Source: an uncultured Muribaculaceae bacterium (GTDB taxonomy: Bacteria > Bacillota_I > Bacilli_A > RF39 > UBA660). Taken from it: DNA of 50,800 nt. The stretch lies in the NCBI GenBank assembly GCA_964629735.1, contig CAZVQX010000004.1:1-50800 (forward strand), read 5' to 3'. Below the pieces are notes generated by a model. That model searched no databases and was not told the origin of the DNA. It saw nothing but the letters and a program-made list of their open reading frames with translations. Position numbers and translations under genes: made by a program. This document shows, one piece after another, positions 9,102 to 17,993 of the stretch; position 1 is the stretch's first letter, and each line of letters begins with the position of its first letter.

Positions 9102-9617
9102 TCAAATTAATTGCTTTTTCAAGCCACTTTCAAAGTAATTAACCAATTCTTTACTAATTGCCCCAATAAATATTCCTGTTGGAATAGAAAATATTAAAAT
9201 AATTGGCAAATAATAAATCATTTTTGTTGTTTTTATTAAAAAAATCGCACATATTATTTGTCCAATACTATGAAATATAGAACCTATTACACTGACTCCA
9301 ACAATTGATAAATTAGTTATTTTTTTTGCCAAAAACATAGCTAATATACTAAGTAATGCACCACCTAAACTAAAGAAAAAGGCCACACTAAATAAACCGG
9401 TTCTTAAAATTCCTACCAAAAAGACTCTTGCGATTGATATATATAATGCTTCTTTAAAATCATATATATATATAATAAAAAGAATTATTGAATTTGCTAG
9501 CCCTAATTTAACACCGGGTATATAACCATTAAAAAAAGGAATAGTACTTTCAACTAAATTTAAAACAACCGATAATGATAATAACATTGATAATCGAACA
9601 TTTTTTTGTAAATCCAT
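9102..9617 (-). CDS. Gx transporter family membrane protein (heptaprenyl diphosphate synthase component I-like, PF07456)
   Basis: 171 aa, polytopic, with typical sequence features. It sits in the conserved position after a NusG-II protein. Confidence 0.7.
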   Translation of the reverse strand: MDLQKNVRLSMLLSLSVVLNLVESTIPFFNGYIPGVKLGLANSIILFIIYIYDFKEALYISIARVFLVGILRTGLFSVAFFFSLGGALLSILAMFLAKKITNLSIVGVSVIGSIFHSIGQIICAIFLIKTTKMIYYLPIILIFSIPTGIFIGAISKELVNYFESGLKKQLI

Positions 9618-9625
9618 AACATCAC

Positions 9626-9991
9626 CTATCTTATAACTGTATCAACTTCACTTTGTGACTCAATGGAAACCACAATTTTATTTGGAAGACAAACAATTGT
9701 TTCAAAAGAATCTTTAATCCAGCCCATTTTTGAGCATATATGAAGCGGACTTTCTTCCTGTATAACTCGGACCTTATCACCAACAACTTCAATGACAACA
9801 TCACCATTATACCCTTTAACTGCATATTTACGGTTTTTATTTTGTGGTAAGTCAATAGTTAAAATTAAATCATTTTCATAATAAACTTTAGCTATTTTTT
9901 TACCATTTGTCTCAATCAGTTTAAAAACCAAATAAACTAATATTGCAATTATAAAAACAATGAGAATTAATTTTTTATCGCTTTTATTCAT
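9626..9991 (-). CDS. NusG domain II-containing membrane-anchored protein (DUF1312)
   Basis: N-terminal TM helix, then HICSKMGWIKDSFETIVCLPNKIVVSI, the typical C-terminal motif. Its start overlaps the apbE stop. Confidence 0.75.
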   Translation of the reverse strand: MNKSDKKLILIVFIIAILVYLVFKLIETNGKKIAKVYYENDLILTIDLPQNKNRKYAVKGYNGDVVIEVVGDKVRVIQEESPLHICSKMGWIKDSFETIVCLPNKIVVSIESQSEVDTVIR

Positions 9992-10982
9992 AAATACTAA
10001 AACCTTTACTCTTAATTATTTTATTATCATTACTATACCATAAAGCTTCTACTTCTGGAAGAGAATCAACCAATTTTTTACCATCTTCAATTGGCATAAT
10101 AAATAATAAAGTTGTTAATACATCACTTAATTTGCTATATGGCGATATAACAGATATGCTTTTCATATAATTACTAGGATATAATGTTGTAGGATTTATA
10201 ATATGATGATATTTGTTCCCATTGTACTCATAAAAGCGCTCATAACCTCCACTGGTAGCTACACTAATATTACTGCCGTTAACTACTATTAAATGCCCCT
10301 CACTATTTGGATTTTTAATTCCAATTTTATATTTTTCAGAATTATTCTTCTCACCTACTAAAACCTGACCACCAGCATTAATTATATAATCATTAATTCC
10401 TTGTTCTTTCAAATATTGACCAACAATATCAGTCGCATAGCCTTTGGCAATACCACCCAAGTCAATATTTGGATGATTATTAAGAATTTTATTTGGTGAT
10501 TGCAATACTATTTCCTTGTAGTTCAACTTAGCCTCAACTAACTCTTCATAACTAGGAATTCCATTTTTATCATTTATATATTTTTTCCAAATATCGATAA
10601 CATTACCAAAACCAATATCAAATACCCCATTACTCTTTTCATACCAATCAAGACTGTAATTTATAATATCATATAATTTTTTATCAATTATAAGGAATTC
10701 ATCATCGACTTTATTATTATTAATATAATAAACATTTATCATTTTATCATATTGATTATATTTATCCGTTAAATAATGATATTCCTTATATATTTTTTCA
10801 ACATCCTTAAAGATTTTTTCAATATTATTTTTTTTATTACTATTAATTTTAATATTTATATATGTATCCATATATAATAAGTTTTTCGAATAAACTTTTG
10901 GCCTTTTAATCACAAAAATTAGTGAAAATAAAAAAAACAGTATTAATAAAAATATTAAAATATAAAGTTTGTTATTTTTCAC
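9984..10982 (-). CDS. apbE: FAD:protein FMN transferase (ApbE family)
   Basis: DLGGIAKGYA and SVATSGGYER motifs. Start reassigned to GTG 10982, 4 nt after AGGTGG, which removes the overlap with the upstream gene and leaves a TM/signal anchor. Confidence 0.85.
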   Translation of the reverse strand: MKNNKLYILIFLLILFFLFSLIFVIKRPKVYSKNLLYMDTYINIKINSNKKNNIEKIFKDVEKIYKEYHYLTDKYNQYDKMINVYYINNNKVDDEFLIIDKKLYDIINYSLDWYEKSNGVFDIGFGNVIDIWKKYINDKNGIPSYEELVEAKLNYKEIVLQSPNKILNNHPNIDLGGIAKGYATDIVGQYLKEQGINDYIINAGGQVLVGEKNNSEKYKIGIKNPNSEGHLIVVNGSNISVATSGGYERFYEYNGNKYHHIINPTTLYPSNYMKSISVISPYSKLSDVLTTLLFIMPIEDGKKLVDSLPEVEALWYSNDNKIIKSKGFSIYE

Positions 10983-11043
10983 ATTACCACCTATTAAATT
11001 ATAACAAAAAAAAAAGTAAAATTCTACTTTTCTTATTATTTTA

Positions 11044-11541
11044 TTATTGACAACTTTCTTGGATTTGTTCCAAGCCAATCTTATTGGTTGATTTTATTGT
11101 TGTTAACTTATAGTTTTTGAAAATAAAATTTTGTTCGCTTTTACGATGCTTTGTACTACCTGTAAAAGTAAATTCGAAAAATTTGTTTTGTTCTAATTTA
11201 GAAACTTGATTATTTTTTAGTTTAACAAGAAATGGTTCATTAATTTGAAATTGATCTAAAATGACATATTTACTATCTTCACCCTCAATTTGAAAATCCA
11301 ATATATCTTTAACAATATAAGTTCTTATAAAAGTACATTCCTTCTCATTTTTTTCTTCTTCCTCTAATTGTTCTCTCAAATCCTCATTTTCTTTAGTTAT
11401 GTTTATAATTCTCTCATTTAAAATTAAATTATCTTCAGTTAATTTATCATTTTCATCTTTTAATTGATTTAGTTTACTACTTCTACACCCTGTTAAAACT
11501 AACATTAAAATCAAAACAAAAATTATTTTAAACTTCCTCAC
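11044..11541 (-). CDS. Lipoprotein with a coiled-coil segment, function unknown
   Basis: Lipobox LVLTGC. The probable start is GTG 11541, 8 nt after GGAGG. There is an acidic coiled-coil stretch (KENEDLREQLEEEEK). Confidence 0.6.
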   Translation of the reverse strand: MRKFKIIFVLILMLVLTGCRSSKLNQLKDENDKLTEDNLILNERIINITKENEDLREQLEEEEKNEKECTFIRTYIVKDILDFQIEGEDSKYVILDQFQINEPFLVKLKNNQVSKLEQNKFFEFTFTGSTKHRKSEQNFIFKNYKLTTIKSTNKIGLEQIQESCQ

Positions 11542-11616
11542 CTTGATGACCTCCATCCAACTATAATAATTATATCATATTTTTTTTAGTTTGTGCTTTT
11601 TTTTTAATAAAATTAA

Positions 11617-11638
11617 AAAAAGGTCACAAAGACCTTTT
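11617..11638 (-). terminator. Intrinsic terminator after the histidine kinase gene
   Basis: aaaaggtc-acaaa-gacctttt, followed on the reverse strand by a T run. Confidence 0.5.
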
Positions 11639-12902
11639 AACTGATTACAAATAATACTCCTCTTTTGACATTTCTAACGTTAATTTCATAACCAACTAAA
11701 TGTAATGTTTTTTTAATAATTGATAAACCAAAACCAAACTGACCTTTTATCCCTTTTTTATATGGGGTAAATAAATCATATAAAACATTTTCATCAATAT
11801 TAGGACCATCATTATAAAAAGTTATTTTATTATTTTTGATTGTTATTTTTATTTCTGATTTGGCATATCTTATAAAATTATTTAGCATATTATCGATAAT
11901 GGTTTCCCACATATCAGAGGTTCCAACAAACTTATTTTGTTTATCATTAAATCGGATTTCCCATCTAATATCTGGTCTTTCAAATTTAAATTTTTCAACT
12001 GATGCATTTAAAATAGACATAATATCAACAGTTTCATTTTTATAATTGTTATAATCCTTAATATAATTCAATTTATTTAAATATAAAAGAGAGTGGACTT
12101 TATTTTCTAATTTATTTAATTGTTCTTTTATTACTGTATGACCTTTATCGGCATCTAAAATACCATCATCTAATGCTTCTATATATGATTTTATAACTGT
12201 TAGAGGAGTTTTAAAATCATGGGATATATTTTGATACATTTGATTTTTATATTCTTCTTGCTTTTTTAGAGTTATATGCACATTATCAATTGCACGTGAT
12301 AAAAGATTTAATTCATCGTCAGCTTTAAAACGATATGTATTTTCATAATCATCATCATCTAGTTTTTCAACTTTGTCTTTTAAGCATTGAATTTTTAAAA
12401 CTAAGGTCCTTGCCCATATTATTACTAATGTTATTATGAACAAAAACGTAATAACTAAAATTGGAAAAATGGTATATAAAACTTCTCTTTTTAGTAGATT
12501 TATATATGTACTATCGGTAAGTGCTATTTTCTTGGCATTATCACTATCAGAGGTATAATAGTAATAATTTTTTCCTAAATATTTGAACTTACCAAAATCT
12601 TTATCTATTTTTTCTAAGACTTGTATTGGGGATGTTGGAATTATTTCTTCTAAATTATCAGAAATATATATATTATTATCAGGATATACAAATAAATAAG
12701 CAATATCGCTAACAATTTCATTATAATCTATTTTATTATTAATAATATCTAATGGTTGTTTTAAATAGTTGTAAATAGTTTTTTCATATATTGGTATTAA
12801 TACTTTAGGTAATAAAATGCCCAAACTAATAAAGATAATACCAAACATAATTATTCCGATTGATATTAATTGGCGGAACAGGTTATGTTTTAAAGGTTTC
12901 AT
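11637..12902 (-). CDS. Sensor histidine kinase (two TM helices with an extracytoplasmic loop)
   Basis: H-box ISHDFKTPLT, N-box NMLNNFIRYA and G-box GFGLSI. Confidence 0.88.
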   Translation of the reverse strand: MKPLKHNLFRQLISIGIIMFGIIFISLGILLPKVLIPIYEKTIYNYLKQPLDIINNKIDYNEIVSDIAYLFVYPDNNIYISDNLEEIIPTSPIQVLEKIDKDFGKFKYLGKNYYYYTSDSDNAKKIALTDSTYINLLKREVLYTIFPILVITFLFIITLVIIWARTLVLKIQCLKDKVEKLDDDDYENTYRFKADDELNLLSRAIDNVHITLKKQEEYKNQMYQNISHDFKTPLTVIKSYIEALDDGILDADKGHTVIKEQLNKLENKVHSLLYLNKLNYIKDYNNYKNETVDIMSILNASVEKFKFERPDIRWEIRFNDKQNKFVGTSDMWETIIDNMLNNFIRYAKSEIKITIKNNKITFYNDGPNIDENVLYDLFTPYKKGIKGQFGFGLSIIKKTLHLVGYEINVRNVKRGVLFVIS

Positions 12903-13555
12903 GTTAAACGATATCCAAATCCATAAATGGTTTTAATTAATAATTTTGGCATTTTTTTTCGGAGCCTTCTTACTAAATCATCCACTACACGATCAGTACC
13001 AAAATAATCAATACCCCATATTTTTTTTATTATTTCGTCACGGCTAAGAGATTTGTTCAAATTTAATAAAAACATTGATAATAAATCAAATTCTAACGAT
13101 GTTAAAATAATCTCACTATCGTTTTCAAATGCTAATCGTTTATCTATATCAATCACATAGTTATCATATATTTGCTTATTAGTTTTATTAGAATAAACCC
13201 GTTTAATAATATTATTTACCCGTAATACTAATTCTTTTGGTGAATAAGGTTTGGTTAAATAATCATCCCCCCCTAATTCTAGACCAATTATTTTATCTAA
13301 ATCTTGATCTCGAGCAGATGTAAAGATGACCGGTATATCAGGATTAATTTCTTTTATTTTTTTTAAAATGTCATAACCGCTAATATCATCACCTAACATA
13401 ATATCCAATATCCATAGATGAATTGGTTGTCCTACATAATCAATCGCGTCCTTTCCATTATAGAAGTTAACCACCTCATAGTTTTCGCGTATTAAATAAG
13501 ACTTAATCAAATCATTTAGATCTTTTTCATCCTCTACTAAACAAATCTTATACAT
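12899..13555 (-). CDS. OmpR-family response regulator
   Basis: Receiver domain (LVEDE ... ILDIMLGD ... TKPY) and winged-helix C-terminus (IYGFGYRL). There is a 4-nt overlap with the kinase gene. Confidence 0.9.
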   Translation of the reverse strand: MYKICLVEDEKDLNDLIKSYLIRENYEVVNFYNGKDAIDYVGQPIHLWILDIMLGDDISGYDILKKIKEINPDIPVIFTSARDQDLDKIIGLELGGDDYLTKPYSPKELVLRVNNIIKRVYSNKTNKQIYDNYVIDIDKRLAFENDSEIILTSLEFDLLSMFLLNLNKSLSRDEIIKKIWGIDYFGTDRVVDDLVRRLRKKMPKLLIKTIYGFGYRLT

Positions 13556-13730
13556 AATTACACCTCAATATAAGTATAACACTTAAAACTTTCGTTATCT
13601 ACTCATTACCACATCCTTTCGTTGGATTGATGTTTTTGTTTTTTTCTATTATCACCTCCGTAATAATAGTTTACTAAAAAAATGTGGGTAAAATTTCAAA
13701 AGAATATGGGAAATTATGAAATAAAAAAAG

Positions 13731-14261
13731 TCATAATTGACTTAAAAAAGGATTATATATTAGTTCTTCATTTAAAGTACTACTAGGACCATGACCTGGA
13801 TAAATAACAATATTTGTATCATAATTTTTAATTTTCCTCAAACTTTTTATTAACTCACTATAATTTCCAGTTGGTAAATCATATCGACCAATTGAATTTT
13901 TAAATAGAAAATCGCCTGTAAACATTGTTTTTTCTTCATTAAAATGAATTGTTATTGAGTCATTAGTATGACCAGGTGTATAAATAACATCAAAGTTAAA
14001 ACTATTTAAATTGTAGTTTTTTTCTTCTAAGTTACTTTTATCATAAACAGAGCATCGATAATAATCTTTTAGCTCATCTAAGGCACCTATATGATCAAAA
14101 TGATTGTGGGTTACAATAATACCAATAACCTTAGTATCACCTACTTCGTTTATTATTTTAGAAGCTTCACAGCCAGGATCAATTATTAATGAAAATTCAC
14201 CTTTTTTTAATATATAACAATTAGTTTCTAATGCACCAACAACTATTTTTTTAATTTCCAT
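13731..14261 (-). CDS. MBL-fold metallo-hydrolase
   Basis: THNHFDHIG metal-binding motif and downstream PGHT / PGHG. Confidence 0.85.
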   Translation of the reverse strand: MEIKKIVVGALETNCYILKKGEFSLIIDPGCEASKIINEVGDTKVIGIIVTHNHFDHIGALDELKDYYRCSVYDKSNLEEKNYNLNSFNFDVIYTPGHTNDSITIHFNEEKTMFTGDFLFKNSIGRYDLPTGNYSELIKSLRKIKNYDTNIVIYPGHGPSSTLNEELIYNPFLSQL

Positions 14262-14892
14262 TCAAAACCTCCTTTACCGGATTATATGTTTTTCTATAAC
14301 CATCAATTACGCCATATTGTTTTAAAGCTTCGATATGTTTTTTAGTTGGATATCCCTTATGTTTATCAAAACCATATTCTGGATATTTAAGGGCGATTTC
14401 GTCCATCATATGGTCACGAATCACTTTAGCCACAATACTAGCTGCAGCAATAGATATACTTTTAGCATCTCCTTTTATAATTGGTGTATTAGGTATAGTT
14501 AAATCCAATTTCATCGCATCAATTAACACATGTTCAATTTTAATTTTTGTATTTACTTTTTCAATTGCAATTATCATTGCTTTTTTCGTTGCCTCATAAA
14601 TATTAATTTCATCTATCACATCGCTCTCAACTATACCAACATCCCAAATAGAATTGTTTATAATATATTTATAATATTCCTCTCTTTTTTTAAGACTCAA
14701 TTTTTTTGAATCATTTATTCCTTCTAGTTTAAAATCACTTGGCAAAACAACACAGGCAGCGACAACCGGGCCATATAATGGTCCACGCCCTACTTCATCG
14801 ACACCAGCTATATTTTTTATACCTAATTTGTATAATTCTTTTTCATATTTATATAAATTTTCCACTTTATCACCTAATATATAGTTTATCAC
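14251..14892 (-). CDS. rnhB: Ribonuclease HII
   Basis: IAGVDEVGRGPLYGPVVAA and DSKKLS motifs. The start is uncertain: GTG at 14892, or an internal GTG after AGGTGA. Confidence 0.9.
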   Translation of the reverse strand: MINYILGDKVENLYKYEKELYKLGIKNIAGVDEVGRGPLYGPVVAACVVLPSDFKLEGINDSKKLSLKKREEYYKYIINNSIWDVGIVESDVIDEINIYEATKKAMIIAIEKVNTKIKIEHVLIDAMKLDLTIPNTPIIKGDAKSISIAAASIVAKVIRDHMMDEIALKYPEYGFDKHKGYPTKKHIEALKQYGVIDGYRKTYNPVKEVLNGN

Positions 14893-14948
14893 ATTTTAGG
14901 TACTTTTAAAATTACATTAATATCATTTAGAAATATATCTTAAAATTA

Positions 14949-14977
14949 AAAAAGATTTAAAATTTTTAAATCTTTTT
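14949..14977 (-). terminator. AT-rich perfect palindrome after leuS (possible weak terminator)
   Basis: aaaaagatttaaa-att-tttaaatcttttt forms a 13-bp stem with only one G:C pair. Confidence 0.4.
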
Positions 14978-14984
14978 ACGATAG

Positions 14985-17387
14985 TTATTTAACAACAATA
15001 TTTACTAATTTTTGGGGAACTGTTATTATTTTAATAATTTCTTTTCCTTCAATAAATTTTAAAACATTATCATGCTCCAACGCTTTTTTCTCCATATCTT
15101 CTTTAGAAATATCAGATGGAACATCAATCTTACCACGAACTTTACCATTAACCTGAACAACTAATGTGTAAGTTGTATCAACTATTTTATTGGGATCATA
15201 GTCAGGCCACTTTTCATTTGAAATAAGGTTTCCTAATTTTTTGATTTCATTTATTTCTTCAGTAATATGTGGTGCAAATGGATTTAATAAAATTAAAAAT
15301 GTTTTTAAATCTTTTCTACTAATTGAGTCTACTTCTTCAAATTTATTTAATAAAATCATTAAAGCAGATATGGCAGTATTATATTTCATAGTTTCAATAT
15401 CTTCATCTACCTTTTTTATTGTTTTATTAATAATTACTTCTAATTCTGGTGAATATATATCTTTTTCATTTAACTTTTCTTGAATACGCCAAACTCTTTC
15501 CAAAAATCTTTTACAACCTTTTAATCCATTCTCACTCCAAGCGGTATCACTTTCGTAATCACCCATAAACATTTCATAAACGCGAAGTGCATCTGAACCA
15601 TATTCATCGACGATTTCAGTTGGACTAATACCATTTCCTTTAGATTTGCTTATTTTGTCACCATCTTCACTTAAAACCATTCCGTGGGCTGTACGAAGAT
15701 TAAATGGTTCTTTAGTTGGTACTAAACCAATATCATATAAGAAACGATGCCAAAATCTCGCATATAATAAGTGTCTAGTAGCATGTTCCATACCGCCATT
15801 ATACCAATCAACTTTCCCCCAATAGTCCAAAGCATCCCAACCAGCAAATTCTTTGTTATTATGCGGGTCCATATACCTTAACCAGTACCAAGATGAACCA
15901 GCCCAGTTGGGCATAGTATCAGTTTCCCGTTTTGCAGTTTTTCCACATTTTGGACAAGGCACTGTATACCAATCTGATAAATTAGCTAATGGGCTCTCAC
16001 CATCTTCTGTCGGTTCATAGTTAGCTACATCAGGTAATAAAACTGGTAAATCTTCTTCAGGTACCGGAACCCAACCACAATCATTACAATAAATCATCGG
16101 GATTGGTTCACCCCAAAATCTTTGACGTGAAAAGACCCAATCTTGTAAACGATAATTTATTTTTTTAGAACCTATTTTATTTTTCTCTAAATATTTAATA
16201 ATTTTACTAATAGCTTCTTCTTTATTATTAATTCCATTTAAAATACCAGAATTAACCATCTCACCATCACCAGTATAAGCTGATTTTTCAACATTTCCAC
16301 CTTTAATAACCTCAATAATAGGAATATTAAATTTTTGGGCAAATTCGTAATCTCGCTCATCATGTGCTGGTACTGCCATAATTGCACCGGTTCCATAATT
16401 CATCATTACATAATCTGATATCCATATTTGAATTAATTCATTATTTAATGGATTTACTGCATTAATTCCTTTTAATTTAACACCAGTCTTATCCTTTACC
16501 AATTCAATTCTCTCAAATTCAGATTTTTTCATAGCTTGATTTTTATAATCTATTACTTCATTATAATTTGTTATTATTGATTTTAATTTTTCAATTACCG
16601 GATGTTCAGGTGCAATAACCATGAAGGTTACACCATAGATTGTATCTGGCCTAGTTGTAAACACCGTCAATATATCATCAGTTTTATCTATTCTAAAATC
16701 AACCGATGCCCCTTCGCTTTTACCAATCCAATTTATTTGGGCGGTTTTAACACGATCAATAAAATTTGTATCATCTAATCCTTCTAATAATTTTTCACTA
16801 TAACTTTGCATTTTTAACATCCATTGTTCTTTTTCTTTACGAACAACTTCTCCACCACATCGCTCACAGTTGCCTTTCTCTATTTCTTCATTTGATAAAC
16901 CAATTTTACAAGATGTACACCAGTTAATACTTTTTTTAGCTTTATAAGCTAATCCGTGTTCGTAAAACTTCAAAAATTGCCATTGAGTCCATTTATAATA
17001 TTCTGGATCAGTTGTTGAAATTTCACGAGTCCAGTCAAAAGAAATACCTAATGACTTTAATTGATCTTTAAAAACCTCAATATTTTCACGAACTGCATCA
17101 CGTGGATGAATTTTATTTTTAATTGCATAATTTTCTGCGGGTAATCCAAACGCATCAAAACCAATTGGAAATAAAACGTTATAACCTTGTAATCTTCTTT
17201 TCCGTGCTAATGAATCAAGAGCAGTGTAACTTCTTGGATGCCCTATATGTAATCCACTTCCTGATGGATATGGAAACTCAATTAAAACATAATATTTTTC
17301 TTTTTCACTATTATTAGAAGCAGCAAAAGTATTATTAATATCCCAATATTTTTGCCATTTTTTTTCTATTTTTTCAAAATTATACAT
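14985..17387 (-). CDS. leuS: Leucyl-tRNA synthetase
   Basis: HIGH variant (LHIGHPRSY), KMSKS variant (KISKSKGN), and the CP1 editing and zinc regions. 800 aa. Confidence 0.95.
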   Translation of the reverse strand: MYNFEKIEKKWQKYWDINNTFAASNNSEKEKYYVLIEFPYPSGSGLHIGHPRSYTALDSLARKRRLQGYNVLFPIGFDAFGLPAENYAIKNKIHPRDAVRENIEVFKDQLKSLGISFDWTREISTTDPEYYKWTQWQFLKFYEHGLAYKAKKSINWCTSCKIGLSNEEIEKGNCERCGGEVVRKEKEQWMLKMQSYSEKLLEGLDDTNFIDRVKTAQINWIGKSEGASVDFRIDKTDDILTVFTTRPDTIYGVTFMVIAPEHPVIEKLKSIITNYNEVIDYKNQAMKKSEFERIELVKDKTGVKLKGINAVNPLNNELIQIWISDYVMMNYGTGAIMAVPAHDERDYEFAQKFNIPIIEVIKGGNVEKSAYTGDGEMVNSGILNGINNKEEAISKIIKYLEKNKIGSKKINYRLQDWVFSRQRFWGEPIPMIYCNDCGWVPVPEEDLPVLLPDVANYEPTEDGESPLANLSDWYTVPCPKCGKTAKRETDTMPNWAGSSWYWLRYMDPHNNKEFAGWDALDYWGKVDWYNGGMEHATRHLLYARFWHRFLYDIGLVPTKEPFNLRTAHGMVLSEDGDKISKSKGNGISPTEIVDEYGSDALRVYEMFMGDYESDTAWSENGLKGCKRFLERVWRIQEKLNEKDIYSPELEVIINKTIKKVDEDIETMKYNTAISALMILLNKFEEVDSISRKDLKTFLILLNPFAPHITEEINEIKKLGNLISNEKWPDYDPNKIVDTTYTLVVQVNGKVRGKIDVPSDISKEDMEKKALEHDNVLKFIEGKEIIKIITVPQKLVNIVVK

Positions 17388-17389
17388 AT

Positions 17390-17734
17390 TTATACCTCTT
17401 TCCTATTTTGGTAATACATACCAATTATATGATAAACTAACAATTGTAAAATTAATAAAGTTATAAAACCAATTATTATTTTAAATATTAAAACATTAAC
17501 AAAACTAACAATAAAAATAACAACTGAAATAATAAGTGAGTTGCAGAGGGCAATTATGGAAGCTAATTTCTTTAAATTATGTTTCTCTGGTTGAAAATTA
17601 TATTTGAGTTTTAAAAATTTAACTTCAATGCTCTCTGTTATCTTATCAATTTTTTTATTACGCATTATTATAAATAAATAATAAAAAGAATAAATAATTA
17701 TAAAGTTTATAAAAAACGAAAAGATTTTTTCCAT
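17390..17734 (-). CDS. Small polytopic membrane protein of unknown function, inside the T-box-controlled leuS transcript
   Basis: Strong RBS (GGAGG-ttaatt-ATG). 114 aa with three predicted hydrophobic helices. Its last codons carry the leuS RBS, and there is a 2-nt gap to leuS. Confidence 0.65.
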   Translation of the reverse strand: MEKIFSFFINFIIIYSFYYLFIIMRNKKIDKITESIEVKFLKLKYNFQPEKHNLKKLASIIALCNSLIISVVIFIVSFVNVLIFKIIIGFITLLILQLLVYHIIGMYYQNRKEV

Positions 17735-17744
17735 AATTAACCTC

Positions 17745-17958
17745 CTAACAAAAAAACATTATAATTTAAGGACGAATAATCGCGGTACCACCTTAATTCA
17801 TAATGTTTATGCTCTTTAATTTTTAACGCAAATTAAACGCCACTAGGGAACTCCAAAGCAAGTTCATAATCATTTATTTAAAGTTTTCACCAGCCACTTT
17901 TTCTCTACAAAATAAATTAATTATTACTACTCTTCTTCCTTGTTTTTTTTAAAAGTAT
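17745..17958 (-). promoter_or_regulatory. T-box riboswitch leader, leucine specifier (CUU)
   Basis: Reverse strand has AGAGA (AG bulge) and a specifier-loop context GAACUUG (CUU at 17860..17862). The T-box sequence AAUUAAGGUGGUACCGCG lies at 17781..17798 and includes a UGGU bulge matching an A73 discriminator. A terminator follows: AACAUUAUGAAUUAAGG / CCUUAAAUUAUAAUGUU plus U7. Confidence 0.85.
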
Positions 17959-17964
17959 ATTTAT

Positions 17965-17993
17965 ATTATATTACACTTGATCAATATATTCAA
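17965..17993 (-). promoter_or_regulatory. Promoter of the T-box/leuS transcript
   Basis: Reverse strand has TTGAAT (17988..17993), a 17-nt spacer, then TATAAT (17965..17970). It overlaps the GH31 stop codon. Confidence 0.55.

Noticed and set aside
9631-9855. A 74-aa ORF on the same strand as the NusG-II gene but in another frame.
   Set aside because: It is nested in a gene whose annotated frame shows the conserved NusG-II C-terminal motif. The alternative frame has no RBS.
10983-11078. An N-terminal extension of the ApbE ORF (ATG at 11078) that overlaps the upstream lipoprotein gene by 35 nt.
   Set aside because: The extension has no RBS and encodes an odd peptide. An internal GTG at 10982 is preceded by AGGTGG and yields a normal signal anchor.
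13556-13730. A strong Shine-Dalgarno-like GGAGGTGA (reverse strand, around 13655-13662) in the 175-nt leader of the response-regulator gene, suggesting a leader peptide.
   Set aside because: It is followed by TAATAG with no ATG, GTG or TTG at usable spacing. I also found no convincing secondary structure.
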